A stretch of 64,000 nt of DNA from NCBI GenBank assembly GCA_038496445.1, contig JALMLS010000343.1, forward strand, positions 151,810-215,809, given 5' to 3'. Positions 50,801-62,347 of the stretch are shown piece by piece. The number at the start of each line of letters is the position of its first letter. The stretch's first letter is position 1. The notes under the pieces are model-generated. The model searched no databases, was not told the origin of the DNA, and worked only from the letters and a program-made list of their open reading frames with translations. The translations under genes and the position numbers were made by a program. The DNA comes from Trichosphaerium sp. ATCC 40318 (Eukaryota > Protista > Tubulinea).

Positions 50801-53800
50801 CTGCCACCGAATCCGAATTTGCCTTTTGGTTTGTCGCCTTTGACTTTAACATCACCGCCGACTTTTGGGCCTTTAGCTTTTCCGCCAAAGCCCATTTTGA
50901 ATCCGCCGCCGCCTGATTTCTTTTTACCTACAAAAAAAGATTAGAATAATACAACAAGGAAGAAACTTATTGTACCATCAGAGCTTGAGGATGATGAAGA
51001 CGAAGAGGAACCAGAGTGAGATCCACCTCCTTTTCCTTTACCACCAAGACCGAATCCAAATTTGCCTTTAGGCTTGTCACCTTTGACTTTGATATCACCG
51101 CCAACTTTTGGGCCTTTGACGTCAACATCAACATCAGCACCGCCTTTGGTCTTTCCGCCAGCACCGAATCCGAATTTGCCCTTTGGTTTGTCACCTTTGA
51201 CTTTTACGTCTCCGCCGACCTTTGGACCTTTAGCTTTACCGCCAAAGCCCATTTTGAAGCCTCCGCCGCCTGATTTCTTACCTAATAGAATAAGTTAATA
51301 AAGCAAACAAAGTTATGAAGCATCCGTACCATCAGAGCTAGACGAAGAAGATGATGAAGTGCCAGAGTGAGATCCGCCACCTTTTCCTTTACCGCCAAAA
51401 CCGAAACCGAATTTTCCTTTTGGTTTGTCGCCTTTCACCTTGACGTCTCCGCCAACCTTTACATCACCGCCAACCTTAGGTCCCTTAATGTCAACATCGA
51501 CATCAGCGCCACCTTTGGTCTTGCCACCGGCACCAAATCCGAATTTGCCCTTTGGCTTGTCGCCTTTGACTTTGACGTCTCCGCCAACCTTTGGTCCTTT
51601 GGCTTTTCCGCCGAAACCCATTTTGAAGCCTCCGCCGCCTGATTTCTTTTTACCTGAGAACAAACAAGTCAGCACAATACAAAACGAAAAAGGTAAGTGT
51701 TGTTTTTTGTTTACCATCAGAGCTGGACGATGAAGATGAGGAAGAACCAGAGTGAGATCCACTTCCTTTTACTTTTCCTTTGCCACCGAGTCCGAAACCG
51801 AACTTTCCTTTTGGCTTATCACCTTTGACTTTGACATCTCCGCCGACTTGAGGTCCTTTAATATCGACGTCTACATCAGCGCCACCTTTGGTTTTGCCGC
51901 CAGCGCCGAAACCGAATTTACCCTTTGGCTTGTCGCCCTTTACCTTGACGTCTCCGCCAACCTTTGGTCCTTTGGCTTTTGCGCTTCCTTTGAGTCCGAA
52001 TCCAAAGCCACCTGACTTTTTCTTCTTTCCATCACCTGATGAAGAAGATGATGAAGAAGAGGAACCGGAGTGAGATCCACCTCCTTTTCCTTTACCGCCA
52101 AGTCCGAAACCGAATTTTCCTTTTGGTTTGTCGCCTTTGACTTTGACATCTCCGCCAACCTTTGGTCCTTTGACATTAACATCGAGATCAGCGCCGCCTT
52201 TTGTTTTGCCGCTGCCACCGAATCCGAATTTGCCTTTTGGTTTGTCGCCTTTGACTTTAACATCTCCACCGACCTTTGGGCCTTTAGCTTTTCCACCAAA
52301 GCCCATCTTGAATCCGCCTCCGCCTGATTTCTTTTTGCCTATTGTTTAAATAATAAGTACCTTGTATCACTAAAATTAAACAATTTACGTACCATCACCA
52401 GAGCTAGAGGAAGAAGATGATGAAGTGCCAGAGTGAGATCCGCCACCTTTTCCTTTACCGCCAAGTCCGAAACCGAATTTGCCTTTTGGTTTGTCTCCTT
52501 TTACTTTGACGTCTCCGCCAACCTTTGGTCCTTTGACATCAATATCGACATCAGCGCCGCCTTTGGTTTTACCGCCAGCACCGAATCCAAATTTACCCTT
52601 TGGTTTGTCGCCTTTGACCTTGACGTCACCACCGACTTTAGGTCCTTTGGCTTTGCCTCCGAAACCCATTTTGAAGCCTCCGCCGCCTGATTTCTTTTTA
52701 CCTACAAAGAACAAGTTAGCATCAATAGGTTTAGAAATCAAATTACCATCAGAGCTTGACGAGGACGATGAAGAAGAGCCAGAGTGAGATCCACCTCCTT
52801 TGCCTTTACCGCCGAGACCAAAACCGAATTTACCCTTTGGTTTGTCGCCCTTGACTTTGACGTCTCCACCGACTTTAGGTCCTTTAATATCAACATCAAC
52901 ATCAGCGCCACCCTTGGTTTTACCGCCGAATCCGAATTTACCCTTTGGCTTATCACCCTTAACTTTGACGTCACCGCCAACCTTTGGGCTCTTGCCTTTG
53001 GCACTTCCTTTGAGTCCGAATCCAAAGCCGCCTGACTTTTTCTTCTTTCCATCGCCTGATGAAGAGGATGAAGAAGAGGAACCGGAGTGAGATCCACCTC
53101 CTTTTCCCTTACCGCCAAGTCCGAAACCGAACTTGCCTTTTGGCTTGTCGCCTTTAACCTTGACGTCACCACCAACTTTAGGTCCTTTAATGTCGACATC
53201 AACATCAGCACCGCCTTTAGTTTTACCGCCAGCACCGAATCCGAATTTGCCCTTTGGTTTATCACCTTTGACCTTTACGTCGCCCTCGACTTTAGGTCCT
53301 TTGGCTTTACCACCAAATCCAAGTTTAAAACCTGCGCCGCCTGACTTTTTCTTTCCTAAAAACAGCAATTAGACATGTCAATGAATGACCAAAAATTAAT
53401 AAGAAAAAAACTTACCGTCACCGCTAGAAGAGGATGAAGATGACGAGGAAGAACCAGAGTGTGATCCACCTCCTTTTCCTTTTCCGCCAAGTCCAAATCC
53501 GAATTTACCTTTTGGCTTATCGACTTTGACTCCTCCACTAACTTTAGCGCCTTTTCTGCTTGAACCCAAGTTGAATCCTCCAGAGTTGCCCTTTTTACCC
53601 TTAGCAACAACTCCTTTTTCAAATGAAGCATCAGCGTCAACATCAACGCCACCCTTGGCTTTACCGCTGCCGCCGAAACCAAATTTTCCCTTTGGTTTAT
53701 CAACCTTTATTTTAACGTCTCCTTCAGCTTTAGGTCCTTTAGCTTTACCACCGAATCCAAGTTTGAATCCAGCGCCTCCAGATTTCTTTCCTGTTAAAAG

Positions 53801-56800
53801 AAGAGTTAGTCACAGAGTTGATGGTTGTGTACGGGATAAAGAGGTATACGTACCGTCACCAGAGCTTGAGGAAGAAGAGGATGATGAAGAGGAACCAGAG
53901 TGTGATCCACCTCCTTTGCCTTTACCACCGAGACCAAAACCGAACTTGCCTTTAGGCTTATCGCCTTTCACTTTAACATCTCCACCGACTTTAGGGCCTT
54001 TGATATCGACGTCTACATCAGCGCCGCCTTTTGTTTTACCGCCAGCACCGAATCCGAATTTGCCTTTAGGCTTGTCACCTTTGACTTTGACATCTCCGCC
54101 GACTTTTGGGCTCTTGCCTTTGGCGCTGCCTTTGAGACCGAATCCAAAGCCGCCTGACTTTTTCTTCTTTCCATCACCTGAAGATGACGACGAAGAAGAG
54201 GAACCGGAGTGAGATCCTCCGCCCTTGCCTTTACCGCCGAAACCGAAACCAAATTTGCCCTTTGGTTTGTCGCCTTTGACTTTGACATCTCCACTGACTT
54301 TAGGTCCTTTGATATCAACATCTACATCAGCACCGCCTTTGGTCTTACCGCCAGCGCCGAATCCGAATTTGCCTTTTGGTTTATCTGCATTGCCTTTAGC
54401 TTCAGCTCTACCGCGGCCTTTGAACTTGGCATCTCCGCCAACGTTTACATCACCTCCAATCTTAGGACCTTTAGCTTTACCGCCAAAACCTAATTTGAAG
54501 CCTGCACCGCCTGATTTCTTTTTACCTGTTGGAAAACAGGAATTAGAACAGAGTCACGTGTAAAAAAATAAGTTACTTACCATCACCAGAGGAAGAAGAT
54601 GAAGACGAGGAAGAAGATCCAGAGTGAGATCCTTTTCCTTTTCCTTTACCGCCAAGTCCGAAACCGAACTTGCCTTTAGGTTTGTCGCCTTTGACTTTGA
54701 CGTCTCCACCGACTTTAGGGCCTTTAATGTCGACATCTACATCAGCACCGCCTTTGGTCTTTCCGCCAGCACCGAAACCAAATTTACCTTTTGGTTTATC
54801 ACCTTTGACTTTTACGTCGCCGCCAACTTTAGGTCCTTTAGCTTTACCGCCGAAACCCATTTTGAATCCGCCTCCGCCTGATTTTTTACCTACAATAATC
54901 AATAGATTGAGCAAATATTAGCATTATTACTTACCATCAGAGCTTGAAGAGGAAGATGATGAAGTGCCAGAGTGAGATCCACTTCCTTTTACTTTTCCTT
55001 TACCACCGAGTCCGAAACCGAACTTTCCTTTTGGTTTATCACCCTTTACTTTGACGTCTCCGCCAACCTTAGGTCCCTTAATGTCAACATCGACATCAGC
55101 GCCACCTTTGGTCTTGCCACCGGCTCCAAATCCGAATTTTCCCTTTGGTTTATCGCCTTTGACCTTGACGTCTCCGCCAACTTTAGGTCCTTTGGCTTTG
55201 CCTCCAAAGCCCATTTTGAAGCCTCCGCCGCCTGATTTCTTTTTACCTACAATTAAAGGGTAAGAATAATTTCTTAGTTAGTAAGGTCTCAGTCACATAC
55301 CGTCACCAGAACTGGAAGAGGAAGATGAAGAAGAGGAACCAGAATGAGATCCACCTCCTTTTCCTTTGCCACCAAGACCGAATCCGAATTTGCCTTTAGG
55401 TTTGTCTCCCTTGACCTTGACGTCTCCGCCAACCTTTGGTCCTTTGACGTCAATATCGACATCAGCACCGCCTTTGGTTTTACCGCCAGCACCGAATCCG
55501 AATTTACCCTTAGGCTTATCAACTTTAGCTCCGCCGCTGACTTTTACGTCACCGCCAACTTTAGGTCCTTTGGCTTTTCCACCAAAGCCCATCTTGAAGC
55601 CTCCGCCGCCTGATTTTTTACCTAATACAATTAAATAAATATTTAATAAATAACAAAGAGGAGCCTTACCATCAGAACTGGATGAGGAAGATGAAGTGCC
55701 AGAGTGCGATCCGCCACCCTTTCCTTTTCCACCAAAACCGAAACCGAATTTTCCTTTTGGTTTGTCACCTTTTACCTTGACGTCTCCGCCAACCTTTGGT
55801 CCTTTGATATCGACATCAACGTCAGCACCGCCTTTGGTCTTTCCGCCGGCACCGAATCCGAATTTGCCCTTTGGCTTGTCACCTTTGACTTTGACGTCTC
55901 CACCGACTTTAGGTCCTTTGGCTTTACCGCCGAAACCCATTTTGAAGCCTCCGCCACCTGATTTCTTTTTACCTACAATTAAAAGTTAGGAAACAGAAAA
56001 ATAAGTTTAGAGCCAAAACCTACCATCAGAGCTGGATGAAGAAGATGATGAAGAACCAGAGTGAGATCCACTTCCTTTTACTTTTCCTTTACCACCGAGT
56101 CCAAAACCGAACTTTCCTTTTGGCTTATCACCTTTGACTTTGACATCTCCGCCGACTTTAGGTCCTTTGATATCGACATCAACATCAGCACCACCTTTGG
56201 TTTTACCGCCAGCGCCGAATCCGAATTTGCCCTTTGGCTTATCGCCTTTGACCTTGACGTCTCCGCCAACCTTTGGTCCTTTGGCTTTTGCGCTGCCTTT
56301 GAGACCGAATCCAAAGCCACCTGACTTTTTCTTCTTTCCATCACCGGATGAAGAAGAGGATGAGGAAGAAGATCCAGAGTGTGATCCACCTCCTTTACCT
56401 TTACCGCCAAGTCCAAATCCGAATTTTCCCTTTGGTTTGTCGCCCTTTACTTTGACGTCACCGCCAATCTTTGGTCCCTTTACATTGACGTCAACGTCAG
56501 CGCCGCCTTTAGTCTTGCCGCCAGCACCAAAACCAAATTTTCCCTTCGGTTTGTCGCCCTTGACTTTGACATCACCGCCGACTTTAGGTCCCTTCGCTTT
56601 ACCGCCGAAACCCATTTTGAAGCCGCCTCCAGATTTGCCTTTTCCTAAAATACTCTTAGATAACTACATAAGTCAAACAATTATCGTACCGTCACCAGAG
56701 CTGGAACTAGAAGATGATGAACCAGAGTGTGATCCACCGCCTTTACCTTTGCCACCGAAGCCAAATCCAAATTTACCTTTTGGTTTGTCTCCTTTGACTT

Positions 56801-59800
56801 TGACGTCTCCGCCAACTTTAGGTCCTTTAATATCGACATCTACGTCAGCGCCGCCTTTGGTCTTGCCGCCAGCGCCAAATCCAAATTTGCCCTTTGGTTT
56901 ATCAGCCTTTACATTGACGTCACCGCCAACTTTAGGTCCTTTGGCTTTTCCGCCGAAGCCCATCTTGAATCCGCCACCACCTGATTTCTTACCTAATGCA
57001 AATCTGAGACGAAGAACTTATGAAAGTATATACTTACCATCAGAGCTTGAAGAGGATGATGAGGAGGTGCCAGAGTGAGATCCGCCACCTTTGCCTTTTC
57101 CGCCGAAACCAAAACCGAATTTGCCTTTTGGCTTGTCGCCTTTGACTTTCACGTCTCCACCAACTTTAGGTCCTTTGATGTCGACATCTACGTCAGCGCC
57201 GCCTTTGGTTTTACCTCCGGCACCGAATCCGAATTTGCCCTTTGGCTTGTCTACTTTGGCTCCGCCACCGACTTTAACATCAACATCAGCACCGCCTTTG
57301 GCTTTACCTCCGAATCCAAACTTGCCCTTTGGCTTATCACCTTTGACCTTTACGTCGCCCTCGACCTTTGGTCCTTTGGCTTTACCACCAAATCCAAGTT
57401 TGAAACCGGCGCCACCTGACTTCTTCTTTCCTAAAGAACAATCAGACAAGCCAAAGATAACATTCAAAAAGAAAAGGAAATGTATATTAGCCACGTACCA
57501 TCACCGCTGGACGAAGATGAAGACGAGGAAGAGGAAGAACCAGAGTGTGATCCTCCACCTTTACCTTTGCCGCCGAAGCCGAATCCAAATTTGCCCTTTG
57601 GTTTGTCGCCTTTTACTTTGACATCACCGCCGACTTTAGGTCCTTTGATGTCGACGTCTACGTCAGCACCGCCTTTTGTTTTACCGCCAGCGCCGAATCC
57701 GAACTTCCCTTTTGGTTTATCTACGTTTGCGCTTCCGCCGACTTTGACGTCTACATCAGCACCGCCTTTGGTCTTTCCGCCAGCACCGAATCCGAATTTG
57801 CCTTTAGGCTTATCACCTTTGACTTTTACGTCGCCACCAACTTTAGGTCCTTTGGCTTTACCTCCAAAACCCATTTTGAAGCCTCCACCACCTGATTTCT
57901 TTCCTATATAAAGCGTGAGACTAAGAACAAAGGGGATAGTAAATACATACCATCAGAACTGGAAGAAGATGACGAAGAAGAGGAACCAGAGTGAGATCCG
58001 CCACCTTTTCCTTTGCCGCCGAAACCGAATCCGAACTTGCCTTTTGGCTTATCGACTTTAGCGCCTCCACCGACTTTGACATCGACATCTGCGCCGCCTT
58101 TGGTCTTGCCACCAGCACCAAACCCAAATTTCCCTTTTGGTTGGTCTACTTTGACGTCTCCACCGGCTTTACCGCTGCCACCGAAGCCGAACTTGCCCTT
58201 TGGTTTGTCGCCTTTAACCTTTACGTCGCCCTCGACTTTAGGTCCTTTGGCCTTTCCACCAAACCCAAGTTTAAATCCAGCGCCGCCTGACTTTTTAGAT
58301 CCTAAACGTTTGGGTTAGCTATTGTTCAACCTCTTCATAAATATAATTCAAACTTACCATCACCGCTAGAAGAGGATGAAGATGAGGAAGAAGATCCAGA
58401 GTGAGATCCACCACCTTTTCCTTTGCCGCCGAAACCAAAACCGAATTTGCCTTTTGGCTTGTCGCCTTTGACTTTGACGTCTCCACCAACTTTAGGTCCT
58501 TTGATGTCGACATCTACGTCAGCACCGCCTTTGGTTTTGCCGCCAGCACCGAATCCGAATTTGCCCTTTGGCTTGTCTACTTTGGCTCCGCCACCGACTT
58601 TGACATCAACATCAGCGCCGCCTTTGGCTTTACCTCCGAATCCGAATTTGCCCTTTGGTTTATCAGCCTTTACATTGACGTCACCGCCAACTTTAGGTCC
58701 TTTAGCTTTACCACCGAATCCCATCTTGAAGCCACCTCCGCCTGATTTCTTTTTACCTGAAAACAAAGAATAAGAAAACGTAAATGCTGACATAATATTC
58801 TTGATAACGTACCGTCACCAGAGCTTGAGGAGGACGAAGAGGAAGAGCCAGAGTGGGAGCCCTTTCCTTTACCTCCAAAACCGAAACCAAATTTACCTTT
58901 AGGCTTGTCACCCTTGACTTTGACATCACCGCCGACTTTAGGTCCTTTAATATCGACGTCTACATCAGCACCGCCTTTTGTTTTACCGCCAGCGCCGAAT
59001 CCGAACTTGCCTTTTGGCTTATCGACTTTAGCGCCTCCACCGACTTTGACATCGACATCTGCGCCTCCTTTGGTCTTGCCGCCAGCACCAAACCCAAATT
59101 TCCCTTTTGGTTGGTCTACCTTGGCTCCACCACTACTTTAACATCGCCGCCAGCTTTTCCACCGCCAGAACCGAATCCGCCAAATCCAAACTTTCCTTTT
59201 GGTTTGTCGACTTTAGCTCCGCCGCTTACTTTGACGTCTCCACCAGCTTTAGGTCCTTTGGCCTTTCCTCCAAAACCCATTTTGAAGCCTCCGCCACCTG
59301 ATTTCTTTTTACCTTAAACAACCAAGTTAGTTTTGGTGTAAAACAGATCGTTACAATACAACGACTTGAGTACTTACCGCTACCGCTACCGCTAGAAGAC
59401 GATGAGGATGAGGATGAGGAAGATGATGAACCAGAGTGAGATCCACCTCCTTTTCCTTTACCACCTAAACCGAATCCAAATTTACCTTTTGGTTTGTCAC
59501 CTTTTACCTTGACGTCTCCGCCAACTTTTGTCTTTCCGCTAGATCCGAAACCAAACTTTCCTTTTGGTTTGTCTACATTAGCGCCACCGCCAACTTTGAC
59601 ATCGACATCTGCGCCGCCTTTGGTCTTGCCACCAGCACCAAACCCAAATTTCCCTTTTGGTTGGTCTACCTTGGCTCCACCACTTACTTTAACATCGCCG
59701 CCAGCTTTTCCGCTGCCACCGAATCCACCGCCGAAACCAAACTTTCCTTTTGGCTTATCGACTTTAGCGCCACCGCCAACTTTGACGTCGACATCAGCGC

Positions 59801-61534
59801 CGCCTTTGGTTTTACCGCCGGCGCCGAATCCAAATTTACCCTTTGGTTTATCAGCCTTGACGTCTCCGCCAGCTTTCGCTTTGGCACCAAAGTTCAACTT
59901 GAATCCGCCTTCGCCAGATTTCTTTTTACCTGAAAACTTGTCAGCAAAAAAACACGTGGTATTTTCTTTACTACGAAAAAAGGTAATTTCTATCTAAAAA
60001 TGTACCTTCGCTTGACGAGGATGAAGAGGATGACTTTGAGCCACTTGCTTTACTCTTCTTAGCTCCAAAGCCAAATTTTGCTGAAATGTTTCCTTTTGGT
60101 TGTGAGCCTCCTCGTCCGTAGAACGCTTTTGTACCAATGCCAATATCAGCGCTCTTTTTAGGTCTGTGGCCCTTCTTTTTGCCACCGCCAACCTTGAATA
60201 CAAGTAAGATCGTGAAGAATAGAAAAGAAATCTTTCAAAAAGGAAAAACCACAAAAACAAAACAAAAAAAAAAAAAAAAAGATCAATCTTCGTACCGATA
60301 CACCTCCTGAACCACCTGTGCGGAATTGTGCAGGAACTTCGGAGAATTTTATAGCTAAACGAGATTATGTGAGTATTTGAAGTATAGTTAACGCTTAACT
60401 GGGATTCGAAATCTAAAATTAAACCGAATTTCTTTTTGATCTTTTTTTTATGGTTTTGGATCACAAAAAATCAAAAATGAAAAAAAACTCCAGCGTACCT
60501 GGTTGGCCTGTCTCGTAGGCAAATATAGATAGTTTAAATTCAATTACTCGCTTTATATCGTCATCGGACTCTATCTTTACAAGCTTTCTAGTGCCGTTTA
60601 CCTAAGTTAAAACATGAGTAAATTTCCATCGTTTAGAAAAAAAAAGATATCGATTCTGTTTAGAAAACCTCAACTACAAGACACTCACCGACCAAAAGTA
60701 GTAAATATATCGCTTGAATTTGTATCCTGGTATTAATTTTATAGAACGCCATACTTCTTCGAGAGTAACAAAGGCTTTAAGAGTAATCTCTCCTGTACTA
60801 TTACCTCGTCGAACGTCTAAAAAAAAACGATAAGCGACCAACAACACAAAAAAAAAAACCTTCAAAAAACTTGAAAAAATACTGCAGTATTCCTAGCTCC
60901 TACAAAACCCTTTTCGTAAAATAATCACGTGGTCGTTTTTACATTATCACGTGATTGTTATTTTTTAGATTAAATAACCAGATACGCGCTTTGGTTGTTT
61001 TCACAAGAAAATAGGTAACGTACATTCGTGTGGTTTTGCCGAAGCGCCTCCGCTTACTTTTGCGCTAAAAAAAGTGAGTTTAATGGCGTTTGATAAGATA
61101 AATGACGTATAAAAGATTAGTTCACATACCTAGCGCTACCGCCGTGGAACTCTTTGGCTCCGAATTTATATCCAGTTTGTACTTTTACGCCGTGTTTCGC
61201 TTTACCTTCACCGAGCAAGTCAAAAAACGGTTTTTTAAACGAAAAGTACTGTACCTGAGCCCTTCTTACTTCCATGTCCCTTCTTATGATGGCTACCGCT
61301 GTCCGACCCTGAGGAGGACGACGAAGAAGAGGACGAGGAAGATGATGAAGAGGAGGAGGACGAGGACGATGAGGACGATGAAGAGGATGAAGAAGACTTC
61401 TAAAAAAAATAAGCGATAGTGAGCTATCTAAAAAATTCCGGCTAACGGCAGTGTACGGTAATAGTACAACGCCTATTTTTTGTATCTTTATCTCGTATAC
61501 ATAATGTACGTACCTTCTTCTTTTTACCAAACAT
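44808..61534 (-). CDS. Giant multi-exon protein: poly-Ser, PB1-like domain, AHNAK-like Gly/Lys repeats, PX domain, PH domain
   Basis: Start MFGKKKK|KSSSS... at 61534. PB1-like exons at 60499-60816 (TLEEVWRSIK...LVKIESDDDIKRVIE). About 27 repeat exons. PX at about 45470-45900 (YTVFKILV..RWVVYRRYNHFNNL...KRQAKL...VQDFL). PH at about 44960-45430 (YCGYMHKCG...WMVYRNGILYKFK...YRFGT..EWTKKWL). Stop at 44808. Confidence 0.85.
46277..60193 (-). repeat. Coding tandem repeat array (KGPKVGGDVKVKGDKPKGKFGFG / GGADVDVD / GGSHSGSSSS units) organised as duplicated exons
   Basis: Dozens of near-identical peptide units with mostly synonymous nucleotide variation, separated by short (about 45-70 bp) introns. 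Confidence 0.97.
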
Positions 61535-62347
61535 CGACGTGCTTCGCCCTTGGGAACAACTGTTTTTATAAATGTGCTTTCAAACAAAAAAAGTGTCTAA
61601 AAATCGCGAGAATTCATACACTTTTTGTGCACTCAATAGTAACGCAAATGCAATGAAATAAATACGTTCAAACCGCTTTCAGGAGTTCTTGTGCATTTAT
61701 TTTTGACGTAGTGTCAAAAGTTGAATTTTCATTGTGTTTTTTGATAGAGCGATAATTTTGGGCTGAAAGGCTAGTTGGCGCTGTTTATCTGTTTCACCAT
61801 ACACACCGCTTTTCAATTTGGCCTTCGTAGCTCTTATTAGCGTCAGCGTATTCTCTGCATTTGGAGAAAATTATTCTCTGTGTTGACACAAGTACACCAC
61901 TAAGACCCGATGTAACGCAGTTGTGTTCATGTACCTTTTTTCTAAAAACAACTTTTGGTTCTTTCTGTTTCACAATTGTGCTCCTATAAGGCTAATAGTG
62001 CCGCTTCAACATTCACACACACGCTTCGGGTGCGTGGAATGGGTTTATAACTGTTTTCGGAACTAGTGAGAACACCTCACTTTTGTAAATAACGTTATAC
62101 GCGCATACACATAGACCTACAAGCGTATCACTGCTGCGTTCAACATTGTGTCGCAATTCCATCACAAATAACAGCTAGCGGTACCCATTACCACCGGGTA
62201 ACCCTGGAACGCATTAAACACGTGTAGAAATGAAGTCACCCCAAAAAACTCAAACAATCCAAAAAAAAAAATTTAGCTTTGAAACAACACGTGGCACCAA
62301 ACGTCACTTTAACAGATACAACGCTCTTTATTTCTTTACATACACTC

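Noticed and set aside
46422-59997. Numerous Pro-rich + strand ORFs (PFGLSPLTLTSPPT..., MRSTSF...) and alternative-frame minus ORFs
   Set aside because: They are antisense or out-of-frame shadows of the Gly/Lys repeat. The splice signals and synonymous variation fit only the minus-strand GK frame.
46277-60193. Repeat array as CRISPR, satellite or transposon
   Set aside because: The units are codon-degenerate exons and the apparent spacers are GT-AG introns. No cas or transposase genes are present.
61305-61400. Apparent acidic (E/D) ORF on the + strand
   Set aside because: It is the antisense of the spliced poly-Ser exon of the giant gene.
46277-61534. Silaffin/silk-like secreted structural protein (K/G/S-rich)
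   Set aside because: There is no signal peptide, and the PX-PH and PB1-like domains imply a cytosolic location.
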